From positions 32,001 through 96,000 of IMG/VR virus record IMGVR_UViG_3300035520_000529: a DNA stretch of 64,000 nucleotides; one strand, written 5' to 3'. Made by a program: the position numbers and the translations under genes. The stretch comes from a virus. Lineage: Duplodnaviria > Caudoviricetes. This document shows, one piece after another, positions 27,941 through 39,612 of the stretch. Position 1 is the first letter of the stretch, and each line of letters starts with the position of its first letter. The notes under the pieces are model-generated. The model had not been told where the DNA came from, did not search any database, and saw only the letters and a program-made list of their open reading frames with translations.

Positions 27941-30694
27941 TCAATTCTTTTTTACATAAATGTTATGTATATCGTTTATTTGTGTATATGAGAACGATAT
28001 TGTTGTGTATAGACTCAACTCTTCGTCATAGTTGGTAGTAGGGTTATCCGATATGCTTACTTGCCAAACATCACCTTTTTGTGAACGTAGTATATAAGAA
28101 TCATACTTAATTATAAAGTCTCTCCATTCAGATACTTTTTGAAAATCGTCTACAAAATTATCAGTATCACAATCTATAGTGCCTAGCATTGCTGATAAGC
28201 TACCACTAATATAGTTGTTGCCTAGTTTACCTACTTTAGGATAATTACTATATGATTGGTGTACTTGTGTATTAATATTTTGTACAATGTCTGCTGATTC
28301 TAATTGAGAATATAGTCTCCACGTATCTTGAATGTAGTATACGTCTTTACCACATTCGGTAGCAGAAGTCTTTTCTAAGCCAGTAATAGTCCAACTACCA
28401 TTATCGTTACAGTACCAGGGTGTTACATACTTATAATATTTGTAACTTACTTCTCCATTAATATCACCAGTGGCTTTAACTTGCAATAGTATAACATATC
28501 TATAACTTACATTATTTCCAACACAATAGTCGGTACAGTTTAAGATTTTAGACATATTCTCATATACCATACTACTATGTATTAAGTCTATTTGGTTTCT
28601 ATTTTCTTCTTCTCGATATACACAAACAGATTGTGTATTGGTAATATAAGTACTTTTAAACAGCCAATTGAAGCTAAAACTACCATCCTCAGAATTGAAA
28701 TATGTTTTAATCTTTGTGTATTTATTAGTGATTTCGTTTTCTACCTCTTCTTCTTCATCAAGAACGATTATATTATTATTATCATCTAGGTATTGTAAAA
28801 TGTCTAAGGCGTTGCCGTTTTCATCTTTTTCAGATTTAGGAAAAGTTATAGTTTTACTTAGAGTAAACGTTGAATCGTTTTCTGTCCTAATGTTTATTGT
28901 GCCTTTTAATACTTTATCTATTGCTAAATATGAGTTTCTATAAAACGTATTCATTTTATAAAAATCTTCTGTTTCGATTAGAGTTGAAGCGTTATCCTCA
29001 AAAATGTGATAAGTTGCTGATTCACTAGGATACTTTGAATATCCGCTAGATAGCGTAATAACACCAGTGTTGGAATCATATCCAATGATATTTCTAGAAG
29101 AAATGTCGAATGAAGTATCACCAACATAAAACTTTTTACCAATTACGTTGGATAATCCTTTATCTATGTATAGCGTTTGTGAGTTATAAGTAACACTCGA
29201 TGAATATTCGTCATCATCTTCTATTGATATGGTTTCTTTCATTTTCCAAATAATATTCAACTCTTGTTCAGCACCTAGACAGTAATATCTATCATATGCA
29301 AATCCTTTAAAAGTTTGTCCTTGAATGATTATAGTTAATTCCTTATCTAAAGTACTTTGTGGAATATCAGACATTTTAACAATGCTCATATTAGTTTCTT
29401 TAGCAGAAGAGCTTCTATTGTTTTGACTAATGCTAAATTCATAGCAACCACCACTTTTTATTTTAGAACTAGACAGTTTACATTCACCTAACAAAGTTCC
29501 CAAGGTATCGTAATATCCTACAATTATATCTTGTGTAGAAGAATCGCTATCAGTAACGCCAGTAGTAAAACCACTTACATAACAGATAGAATCTGTTGTG
29601 CCTGAGTCATTGTATACCATAAAATTTGCTTTAGTTAGTTTGATAACATCATCTGAGCCATAGGTATGCTCTTTTGTACCATATACGTATACATAGTTAT
29701 AATCATCGTTAGGTAAAGTGTTTGTATTGTCTACAATATCACTCCAACACACTCTTAAATACACATTATTTCCATCCAGTTCTTCTTCAACAACGTTATT
29801 ATAATCATTTATTAAATACCTCATATTTGCTTTTGTGGTTAGCGTTTGGGTTTCGGAAACTTCCTTAGTTATAGTAGAAGATTCAGTAGTTGGTCGAAGT
29901 ATATTACCACTGTATAATTCACTTTTCATATTTGTGTAATCTTCTATTTTCCACTTATAACTTTTGATTAAAATACCATCCTCTTGGCTATAGTTACAGT
30001 ACCATGCACTACCTCCATTAGATAAATATTGATTATCTAATGTGACTATTTCAGTAGTGGGATTCTTTCTAGTTTTGAATACGTATTCTGGTGACTTTAC
30101 ATAGTTACTATACACTCTATATTGTGTACCTATAGATAGGCTTTGAGTAAAAGGTTTATCAAAAACAAGGCAATAATTAGAACCATCATAATTATATGAA
30201 TTGACTATTTGTCTTCTTTCGTTTCCAATATCTACAGCTAAATAATAACCAAACGTCATAAATTCATTAGAATATTCCCTAGGAGAATGCAATAAACTGT
30301 TGGCTGTTACTAACAAAGAACCATTACCTAAAATACCTGTAATACCACCTTGAAATAAAAATTGATTAATTTTGCTTTGTGAAATCATTAGATAGTACTT
30401 ATACTTTCTGCCATTTTCTAAATAATATGACTTAGTACCTAATTGTCCAAAATTTATTGAAGTGCGTTGCATATTTAATACAGTAGTACTAGCCTCTTCT
30501 ACAGACAAAGCACTAGAATTTCTACCAAAACTATATCCCATACAAATACACTCATTAGTTATAGCATCGAATAAATATATTTCCGTTCCAGTCATATCAT
30601 CGCCGTAAAAATCGAATGAATAACATTGTTGAATGTCCGCATCGACAGTAGTCATATGTGGAGATACATTTATTGGATATTTCAAAATTATCAC
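27941..30694 (-). CDS. Tail protein (distal tail-like)
   Basis: 917-aa beta-rich ORF immediately downstream of the tape measure gene. Confidence 0.6.
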   Translation of the reverse strand: MIILKYPINVSPHMTTVDADIQQCYSFDFYGDDMTGTEIYLFDAITNECICMGYSFGRNSSALSVEEASTTVLNMQRTSINFGQLGTKSYYLENGRKYKYYLMISQSKINQFLFQGGITGILGNGSLLVTANSLLHSPREYSNEFMTFGYYLAVDIGNERRQIVNSYNYDGSNYCLVFDKPFTQSLSIGTQYRVYSNYVKSPEYVFKTRKNPTTEIVTLDNQYLSNGGSAWYCNYSQEDGILIKSYKWKIEDYTNMKSELYSGNILRPTTESSTITKEVSETQTLTTKANMRYLINDYNNVVEEELDGNNVYLRVCWSDIVDNTNTLPNDDYNYVYVYGTKEHTYGSDDVIKLTKANFMVYNDSGTTDSICYVSGFTTGVTDSDSSTQDIIVGYYDTLGTLLGECKLSSSKIKSGGCYEFSISQNNRSSSAKETNMSIVKMSDIPQSTLDKELTIIIQGQTFKGFAYDRYYCLGAEQELNIIWKMKETISIEDDDEYSSSVTYNSQTLYIDKGLSNVIGKKFYVGDTSFDISSRNIIGYDSNTGVITLSSGYSKYPSESATYHIFEDNASTLIETEDFYKMNTFYRNSYLAIDKVLKGTINIRTENDSTFTLSKTITFPKSEKDENGNALDILQYLDDNNNIIVLDEEEEVENEITNKYTKIKTYFNSEDGSFSFNWLFKSTYITNTQSVCVYREEENRNQIDLIHSSMVYENMSKILNCTDYCVGNNVSYRYVILLQVKATGDINGEVSYKYYKYVTPWYCNDNGSWTITGLEKTSATECGKDVYYIQDTWRLYSQLESADIVQNINTQVHQSYSNYPKVGKLGNNYISGSLSAMLGTIDCDTDNFVDDFQKVSEWRDFIIKYDSYILRSQKGDVWQVSISDNPTTNYDEELSLYTTISFSYTQINDIHNIYVKKN

Positions 30695-30724
30695 TTCTTT
30701 CTATGTATCATTGCTATATATAGC

Positions 30725-30748
30725 ATCCCCACCTACTAGGTGGGGATA
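30725..30748 (-). terminator. Hairpin after tape measure gene
   Basis: atccccaccta-c-taggtggggat. Confidence 0.45.
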
Positions 30749-30757
30749 GTTTGTAAT

Positions 30758-33700
30758 CTATAAGTTTTCTTTAAGTAAGGTTGTTAATTGGTCTATGAAT
30801 TGTGTAGGATTGTCAGTGGCTACTTTGTCTATATTTATAGTTAAAGTTTGTGCTACTTGTGTGGATGATTTTAACAAACCATTACTTAATGCAGACGAGT
30901 TTTTTAAATCCGTTAATGCTTCGTTAGTAACGTCTACAGAGTTCTTTAAGTTATTAACTGGTTCGGCAACAGTTGTGGTCAAACTAGTATTAAAATCTTC
31001 GGGTAGTCCTAAAATTTTATTAATGCTTTCTTGAGTTAGCTTAGTAAACTCATTAACGCTATTTGTAAGACCAGTAAGTTCATCAGTGTGAGTAGAGTTC
31101 ATTTGTTCTTCTAACGCACTGATTTGCTTATCCAAAGCTTCTTCTTGTTTGTCAATAGCATCTATTTCTTTATCTATAGCATCTTGTTGGTCTTTAAGAA
31201 CGTCTATTTGATCATCTAAGCCATCAATAATATCATTTATGCCGTCTATTTGGTCATCTAAAGCATCAATTTGGTCATCAAGAGCATCAATTTGCTTTTC
31301 AAGTTGAGCAATTTCTTCTTCTTGTAAAAGTTCATCGAGTTCTTGTTGAGCCTCCTTGATTTCATCTTTATCCGTTTCCCATTGCCAACCAAGTTCCTCA
31401 GTAAACACTCTAATAGTTTTTTGATTGAGTGCATTTTGTAATCTGATTTGTGCTTCTTGGATTTTTAAAGCACGTTCTTCCTCTTCATTCTTTTCTTCTA
31501 ATAAATCTATTTGGTCTTGGATAGCATCCTTTTGCTTTTCGATAGCTTCCTTTTGGTCTTCGATTAAGTCTATTTGGTCATTCCAATAGTCTTTCTGGTT
31601 TTCGATAGCATCAATTTCATCATCTAGGGCATCTTTTTGAGCATTCCAATATTCTTTAGTTTCTTCTAAAGCTTCTTTTTGACTTTCCAGCAGTTCCTTT
31701 TGAGCATCTAATAGACCTTTATAAACTTCTTCTTCATATTTACGATAGTCATCAAGATACTCTATCTTATTGGCATAATATTCTTGATTTAGTTCATTGA
31801 GGTACTTATAATAGTTCGCATCGTCTATAACGTTCATGTTGTGTAGATGTTCAAGGTATGCAAATTGTTCTTCAGCTTCTGCTTTGTAATAGTCAGTATC
31901 ACTGCCGTAATTACCCGTAGTAACCATAGCTAAATTATTTTTCAATAATTGTAAAGCTTGAATTTGAGCATAAATTTGTTCTGTAGCTTGTCCTCTACTA
32001 ACTATCGATTGTAAATTAACTAATTGCTCATCAATTTCTGCTTCAGCTAATTGCTTATAACTATTAGCATTTAGAGTTAGTTTACCAGTAGTCTTATCCA
32101 GTTGAATACATTGTGCATAACCACTATCTATTAACGATGTCATGGTACTTAATGATAAATAACCATTATCTTTAACTTCTTTAAAGGCATTACTCATGGT
32201 TGAAGCACTAGATTCAATGTTTTTAGTAGCTGATAAAATATCGCTAAAACTACCATTTGCAACTGAACCTACTCTACTAGACAAATCTTCCCACATAGAC
32301 AATATATACTCATTATCTTCTAATGATTGACTATTTTCGTCCAAAGCTTTAGATAATTCTTGTACTTGTTGACTAGCATAGGATTTATCAGCGGTTGAGA
32401 CTGTTGAGTCACTAAGTTTTTGCTTGTATTCATTAATAGTACTAATTAATTGTGTTTGCTCTTCTTTTAAAGAGTTTATTGCGTTTTGACTATCAACTTT
32501 ATAAGCTTCAATCTTAGCTTGTGCTAATTCCTCATACTTTTCAGTATTGATAGTTACTAAACCACTTTCTTTGTCTAGTTCAAGAATATCATCGAAATCG
32601 CTTTCTATTAGTTTAGTAATGTCCTCACTAGATAGACTTCCGCCTTTTCTAATGGTTTCCATCATCGTAGAGATTTCGCTAAATTCACTAGACAACGATG
32701 TTATCATATCTGAACCTATTTTAGTTGGACTGATTTCATCTTCAAATGATTTGTATTCTTGTTCAAGAGCATAAAGGTCAGTATTTATTTCATTAAGTGC
32801 TTCATCGTAGCCAAGGTTGTCAAACTTAACTTGTAACATTGCTTGAATAGTTGGGTTGCTTTGACTAGCAATATCTTTCAAATCACTTTCTTTAGCACGT
32901 TCCAATTCAGCCTTTTGAGTAAGTAGTGTTGCTTTTTGGTCATTGTACTTCGCTTGAATTAGTTTTTCTAAAGCTTCTCTATCTAAATTGTATACATCAG
33001 CGTTAGAATTATAATTTAAAGCTTCACTGTAACCATTGCTAATTAAAGATAGTATGGTTTCAGAAGTGAGTTTTCCTTGCTCTGACATTTCTGAATACGC
33101 ATCAGTTATTAAGTCTAAATTATCGGCTAGGGTTTCAAGCTCATCAGAACTACCACCCAATGCTTCTATTAATTCAGTAGTGGTTTGACTAATATTTTCA
33201 ATTGCACTAGATACATTGAATGTATGTTCAGACGTATCCTCACTAATATATCCAAATTCTTCTAAATATTCGATTAGATTTTCAAAAGATATTCCACAAT
33301 CATCGGCAACGCTTTGCATATATTCAAATATATTAGCGTAACTTTGAGCCTTGTTTTTGTAGTCACCAGTTTGGAAGTCTAAAACAATTTCCGATGCTGT
33401 AGCAGTGCCTATTAACTTATTAAGGTCAATCTTAGAGAAAATATTTTCAATCTTAGTCTTGATAACATCTTCGTTAAAGTTAGTTAAAAATCCATCAAAC
33501 CACGATTCTACTGTATCAGAAAGACCTTTAGTTTCAATACCTGTAATAGTATCTTTTAAGCTATTTAGTACATCTGACTTAGACATCAGCATATTATAAA
33601 GGCTTTCAATTTCTTCATAAGTAGATGTTGCCTTTTCAGTTTCACCATTGGCTATATAATCATTGTATTCACTAATTAAACTTTCAACACTACTTTTCCA

Positions 33701-35561
33701 TTCGGAAAGAGTTTTACCATCTATATCATCGGTTGAGTAGTCTACAAAACTATCCAAGAATGATGAAATTGTAGTTTCATAATCGTCATATGTGTCCGAG
33801 GAATATTTGGAAATTTTCTTCTGTATAGTAGTTAAAACTTTACTAACGTCTTCACCAGTTTGAGTACCATATGCCTTAACATCATCGTAGGCTTTTTGTA
33901 AGTCCTTTTTATATTGATATATAGAACCATCATTGGTAATACCATATGTATACGTCATGCTTAAATCATTAAGAGATTCTGCTTTAAACCCATTGTTTTT
34001 CAAGATATTACTAACTTCAGTAGAGAAATTATTTCTACGGAGTGAGATTGATGTGGAACTAAAAATTTTAGATGGGTCATACATCTTTTGGTAAGCAGTT
34101 TGAATATCCTTAGAATTTTCTTGCACAAACTTTGAACTTTCTAGAGCAGATATTTCTTGAAGTTTTTCCAATTGCTCATCAAGTTTACCATTAACTAAGT
34201 CTACACCATCTGCTTGTGTTCCGTAAGTATCTATTAAAGTTTGTTGTAATTCTAATAATTGCTTATTTGTATCGACTAAGTTTTCAGTGTCTCCACTATT
34301 AGCATAGTCTTCTTGTGCTTCTTTTAATTCTTTCAAGTTGGAAATATTTTCTTCAAGTTCGTCATTAAAAGTTTTAAGATTACTACTAGCTTCAATAGTT
34401 TCATCGCTGACCTTACCCAATCCCTTAGCCCAACTAACCAAAGTTGATACTATATGTGAAATAGCATATGAAAACAATCCGCCAACCACAGCATTTAATA
34501 TACCCGATACTACACTTAATGCAACTGTTCCTAATTTTGCAACAGCAAGTTTAGTTGCATAGCCTACTAAACCAACTTGTGCTTTATTTAAACTTTGTAG
34601 CTGTTCTGCTAATTTAGGATTTGATAATGCCAAAGTATTTAAAAATTCTTTCTGCGTATCATTTGCAACGTTAAGTTTCAAAGAATTTTCGTCAGCCAGT
34701 TTATTGTATTCACTTAATGCAGTTAACGTACCAGATAGCCCTTTGCCATAATTAGATGTCTGTAGAAATTCCATGTAAGTTTGGTTGGTTGCTTGAGCAT
34801 TTATTTTGGCTCTTGTTGCAAGATAATTTTCTAAGACAGTATTGGCGTTAGAAACCTCTTTTATGTACTTTGACATATCTCCATTGTTTTTAAGCGTATT
34901 ATTATAGTTAGTAATGGCTTGTTTATAATCCTTAGTATTAATAATCGATGCACTATCCATTGAACTTGACAAATTAGAACTAATAAATTTACTTGACGTT
35001 AAAGATTTACTTACAAGCGTGTCAAATTTTTTGAACAATGTACTTAGTGCGTTACCTATATTTTTGATAAAGGATGTGTTTAAAGTTTTGGTTATTATCT
35101 CCACAGAACTAGTAACATTTTTTAGAGAAACGTTATTTATGTTATTAAAGCCATTTTGAATTTGGCTAATCTTGTCGCTATAATTATTCAAAGGTGTTGA
35201 ACTTTTCTTAATGTTCTTAAAAAACTCATCAGTAAATCCTAAAGTACCAAATTTTTTATTCATTAGTCCATAAGCACTACCTATACTAGCAATTAGTACT
35301 GGAATTGCTCCAAATAAATCTACAAGTCGGTTAGCTTTGTTGATGAGTTGGTTTATGCCGTCTAAAAAGTCTTTTATAAACTCTGTATCGAATGTTGTAG
35401 TGGATATTTCTTGTGCAGATGCTTTAATAACATTTACTTTACCCTCAATGCTATCTACATATTTTTGGTTTTCTGTTTCAGCAGAACCCTCAGCATTGTT
35501 TGCAACTTCCAATGCTTTTTCAACTTGTGACCAGTTTGAGAGTAATGCTGATACTTGGTTT
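30758..35561 (-). CDS. Tape measure protein, exon 3
   Basis: Frame extends upstream of the called start to NQVSALLSNWSQVEKALEVANNAEGSA, which continues exon 2's ...AGKNRA. Long helical/coiled-coil protein. Confidence 0.88.
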
Positions 35562-35646
35562 CATTTATATTTAGCGAGTTCGTTAGGCTCACTTGATTTT
35601 AGTTAATAATAGTGAGAGTTGAAGCCTTACAACTCTCGCTTGTGTT

Positions 35647-38184
35647 TTAGTCTAAATATGTAACTTTCTTGCAACCATCGAAAGCATCTTTTACGATTGT
35701 TTTAACTGTTTTAGGTACTTCTATTTCTAGATTTGTGCATCCTTTAAAAGAACCGCTTTGTATTGATTGTACACTATTGGGAATTGTTAGTTTTTGTAAC
35801 GATTTACAATTATGAAATGCATATTTACCGATAAGTTTCACATTTTCTCCGATGGTGACTTTTTCTAGGTTAGTACAGTCTTCAAAAGTACTTATACCAA
35901 TGCGAGTTACTTTATTTGGAATTTCTATTTCCGTTAAACTTTTACAAGCCCTAAATGCTTCGCTGTATATTTCTTTAATGTTTTTTGGTAAATTTACTTT
36001 TTCTAAGCTAATGCAATCTTTAAAAGCATGTGCACTAATACGAGTTACAGAATTAGGAATATCTATTTTTTTTAAATTTTTACATTCCGCAAAACATCTG
36101 CTACTTATACTTTTAATATTTTTTGGTAAAATTATTTCTTCTAAATTACAACAACCACCAAAGGCAACATATCCAATACTTGTTACAGAATTAGGAATAT
36201 TTATTTCTTTTAAATTTTTACAACCATAAAACATTGCTCTGTTTATATTTTTAAGGTTTTGTGGCAGAGTTATTTTTTCTAAATTAGTACAGCCACTGAA
36301 CGTTACTCTGTTTATATTTTTTATGTTTTTTGGTAGAGTTATTTCTTTCAAATTAGTACAATTGCTAAAACTCCAATCACTAATGCAAGTTACAGTACTA
36401 GGAATCTCTATTTCTTTTAAACTTTCACAACCACTAAAGGCTTCACTGTGTATTGCTTTGATACTTTTTGGCAAATTTATTTTTTCTAAGTTACTACATC
36501 CACTGAAAGCTTTTTCTCCAATCGTGGTTACTGTATTAGGAATCTCTATTTTCTTTAAAGTTTCACAATAACAAAATGCTTCATTGCATATTTTTTTAAG
36601 GTTTTGTGGTAGAGTTATTTCTTCTAAATTAGTACAACCATAAAAAACACTTTCTTCAATACTGCTTACAGCATTAGGAATGTTTATTTTCTTTAAACTT
36701 TTACAGTTAGAAAAAGCTTTGGTATATATACTTTTAAGGTTCTGTGGTAAAGTAATTTCTTTTAAGTTACTACATCCACTAAAAACACTTTCTCCAATTG
36801 TGGTTACTGTGTTTGGAATTTCTACTTCCTCTAAAGTTTCACAATTTCTAAAAAGTCCATTGTTAAAGATTTTGATGTTTTTCGGTAAAGTGATTTCTTC
36901 TAAATTAGCACAACCATCAAAAGCATATTTGCCAACACTTTTAACACTATCTAGAAGTACCATCTTTATTATATTAATACAATTTCTAAAAGCATTATCT
37001 CCTATACACTTTATATCCTTTGAAACTATTATTCCCTCTAAATCTACTTTTTGAGGACACTTTATGATAGTACTGTCACATTTATTAATTAACGCTCCTT
37101 GCGAATCATAATACTTTTTATTGTTTTTATCCACAGATATTGTTTTTAAATTATCGCAATCATTGAAAGCATTTGAATCAATATGCATTACACTGCTAGG
37201 TATAGTTATTTTTTCTAGACTAGTACATTCTTTAAAATCGGATGCGTCGATAGAAACTACACCATGTGGAATAGTTAACTTGATTAGACTTGAACACCCA
37301 CTGAAACTAATCTTTTCAGTATTTACTAACGATTTAGGAAATATTATTTCTTTTATAGTGGAACAGTCTACAAAAGCGTTAGGGTGTATATTACATATAT
37401 TGTTTGGTATTGTTAATATACTTTCACACCCTTTATATTTGTAAAGAACATTGCCTAGCACAATTAAATCATTTGGATAATCTCTTATGAATGGTGTATT
37501 TTCAAAGGCATTATATCCAATAAAAATAACAGTATTTGGAATAATTATGTTGCTTAAACTTGTACAATTCTTAAAAGCATCTTCTTCAATAAATTTAACA
37601 CCATTAGGAATTGTTATGCTCTCTAAGTTTATACAATTGCTAAAAGCACCCTTATCGATGGAGACAACGCTACTTGGAATAGTTATGCTTTTTAAAGCTG
37701 TACATCTACCAAAAACACCATCTCCTATAGAGGTAACATTATTAGGAATACTTATATTAGTTAAATTTGTGCACTCGTGAAAAACATATTTACCTATAAA
37801 GGCAACACTATTAGGAATAGTTACACTAGTTAAATTTATGCAACCATCAAAAACATTATCTCCAATGGTGATAACTCCATTTGGAATAGTTACATTAGTT
37901 AAGTTTGTACAACCTTTAAAAGCACACTCTCCAATAGATGTAACACTATTAGGAATAGTTATATTGGTTAAGCATGTGTAATTTTTAAAAGCACTACTTC
38001 CAATAGACTTAACACCATTAGGAATAAATATACTACGAATTTTTTGATTTCTCCATGAGAAGTCAGAACCACAAAATGCATAATCTCCAATAGATGTAAC
38101 CCCATCGGGTATTACAACGTTGACTTCAGTTCCATTGTAATGTTCTAAAATACCATCTACAATTACAAAATCTTCACTTGCCAT
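35647..38184 (-). CDS. Intron-encoded BspA-type leucine-rich-repeat (LRR_5) protein, no signal peptide
   Basis: About 30 repeats of IPNxVxxIxxxAFxxCxxL. SD GAAAGG. Confidence 0.92.
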   Translation of the reverse strand: MASEDFVIVDGILEHYNGTEVNVVIPDGVTSIGDYAFCGSDFSWRNQKIRSIFIPNGVKSIGSSAFKNYTCLTNITIPNSVTSIGECAFKGCTNLTNVTIPNGVITIGDNVFDGCINLTSVTIPNSVAFIGKYVFHECTNLTNISIPNNVTSIGDGVFGRCTALKSITIPSSVVSIDKGAFSNCINLESITIPNGVKFIEEDAFKNCTSLSNIIIPNTVIFIGYNAFENTPFIRDYPNDLIVLGNVLYKYKGCESILTIPNNICNIHPNAFVDCSTIKEIIFPKSLVNTEKISFSGCSSLIKLTIPHGVVSIDASDFKECTSLEKITIPSSVMHIDSNAFNDCDNLKTISVDKNNKKYYDSQGALINKCDSTIIKCPQKVDLEGIIVSKDIKCIGDNAFRNCINIIKMVLLDSVKSVGKYAFDGCANLEEITLPKNIKIFNNGLFRNCETLEEVEIPNTVTTIGESVFSGCSNLKEITLPQNLKSIYTKAFSNCKSLKKINIPNAVSSIEESVFYGCTNLEEITLPQNLKKICNEAFCYCETLKKIEIPNTVTTIGEKAFSGCSNLEKINLPKSIKAIHSEAFSGCESLKEIEIPSTVTCISDWSFSNCTNLKEITLPKNIKNINRVTFSGCTNLEKITLPQNLKNINRAMFYGCKNLKEINIPNSVTSIGYVAFGGCCNLEEIILPKNIKSISSRCFAECKNLKKIDIPNSVTRISAHAFKDCISLEKVNLPKNIKEIYSEAFRACKSLTEIEIPNKVTRIGISTFEDCTNLEKVTIGENVKLIGKYAFHNCKSLQKLTIPNSVQSIQSGSFKGCTNLEIEVPKTVKTIVKDAFDGCKKVTYLD

Positions 38185-38220
38185 AACATCAAGACCTTTC
38201 TACAATAATTTGTTAGGTAT

Positions 38221-38249
38221 ATTATAGCAAATGTTTTGTGAAAAGTCAA
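38221..38249 (-). promoter_or_regulatory. Sigma-A promoter for the intronic LRR gene
   Basis: TTGACT (38249-38244), 17-nt spacer, TG-extended TATAAT (38226-38221). Confidence 0.82.
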
Positions 38250-38431
38250 TATAAATCGTTTGCTTTTATTCGATATTTTAACTAAAATCACTCATGCTTT
38301 CACATGAGATTAGACTATTTCTTCACCCTCACCATTATGTGTTAGGGGCATACCTTTTCCGTTTAAGAGGTTTTCACTCACTCACTTGAGCCGTACTCCT
38401 ATTGACACAATTCTGTCTATTGTGTCCTATG

Positions 38432-38612
38432 GGATAGCCGTTGAAGTTTCTCCGTGCCTTTCGGTTTAGGAGCTTACCTGCATGAACAACCATTGTTATC
38501 GGTTATTTAGGATTTAACCATGTAACCATCCTTACGTTGTTTCTACTTTCGTACCATCGTAGCGTGATTTCTCCGCTACTGTGGTGTAAGGCTTTAGGTA
38601 TTACCTGCAATT
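38432..38612. repeat. Direct repeat copy A (intron core), 180/181 identical to 41612-41792
   Basis: Direct sequence comparison. Single mismatch 38575 G vs 41755 A. Confidence 0.95.
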
Positions 38613-38660
38613 AGATATGTATGTTATGCACATTTCTGTACATAAGGGTAAATTAAGTTT

Positions 38661-39434
38661 GCCCTATTCTTACCTGCAATTTTTTCAAGTAATCCAGCTT
38701 GATTTATGTCGGATAAATCATCCCAAACGTTAGCAATTTCTCGCATAATTTCATAGGTTGATTTATATGTGTTACTATCTTTCATGATGTCTATACCCGA
38801 CAAAGCTTTAATATCTTCTCTCATTTTGGAAGTGGTTTCAGCCATACCCTCAGTATCTTCGCCCATTTCCTCAACTTCTACCTTGCTAGAGCGTAACCTC
38901 ATGGATAGCGTTTTTAATGCGTTACCCATACTGTTGGCATCTTGGGTTATTTCAGTACCACCAGTTATCATTGCTATAGATTCGTTTAAACTATTTCCTG
39001 CTACCGCTAAAGCACTAGCACTTTGTGTTAAACCCTCGCCAATATCAGAGGAACTTAACGCAAACTTATTACCTACATCGTTGAACGCATCCACGATACT
39101 AATGCTATCCTCAGCTTCAACGTTAAAAGCTTTCATAGCAGTTACAAGGTCACTAGTAGCAGTATCAATGTCAATGAAGCCTACATTAGAATACATAGTT
39201 GCAATATTACCTAATGTTGTAGCTTCGTCTAGAGTGTAACCTAGTCTACTAAATGACGATACTGCATCAATAACGTCTGTAACAGTACTAGCTAACTCTT
39301 TAGCACTACTAGTAGCAGTAGTTAAAAACTTATCATAAGTATCACTGGTTTCGGAAGTAACACGTTTTAAGGTTACCATCGAAGTATCGACTTCTTCAAC
39401 AGTAGTTAACATTTCTTTGAAATAACTTATTACT
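38661..39434 (-). CDS. Tape measure protein, exon 2 (conserved core domain)
   Basis: RVISYFKEMLTTVEEVD...FSRLGY...GNALKTLSMRL...IAGKNRA is typical TMP core. 774 nt. Confidence 0.9.
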
Positions 39435-39612
39435 CTGATATATAAACTTTATAATTATTTATAAACACTCAAAAAATTATAAGATTATTTCCTTATTCAA
39501 CGTGTCCGCTTTGGATTGTATTTCTACAATCTACTCACGCTTGTATGACACTCCAAAGGCGTAAATTCGGCGTTATCAACACCTACATATTAGCATAATC
39601 TTGATATTGACT
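39435..39612 (-). ncRNA. Putative TnpB omegaRNA scaffold / right end
   Basis: Region downstream of tnpB shares blocks with 59569-59760 (ccttattcaacgtgtccgcttt; tgacactccaaaggc). Confidence 0.6.

Larger units (their letters stand above)
35562..38660 (-). ncRNA. Group I intron 2 of tape measure gene, carrying a BspA-LRR cargo gene
   Basis: Core 38290-38660: P2 GAAA hairpin, AATTGCAGG, TTCAACGGCTAT, AAGAAATAGTCT, P3 catatct/aggtatg. Terminal G at 35562. Splicing gives in-frame KNRA|NQV. Confidence 0.88.

Noticed and set aside
35852-37780. Several + strand ORFs overlapping the LRR gene (also 18445-18825 and similar ORFs opposite TMP and capsid genes)
   Set aside because: Antisense shadows of repetitive coding sequence, with no SD or recognisable motifs.
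18288-38184. Diversity-generating retroelement acting on LRR/tail genes
   Set aside because: No reverse transcriptase and no template/variable repeat pair differing at adenines was seen in this window.
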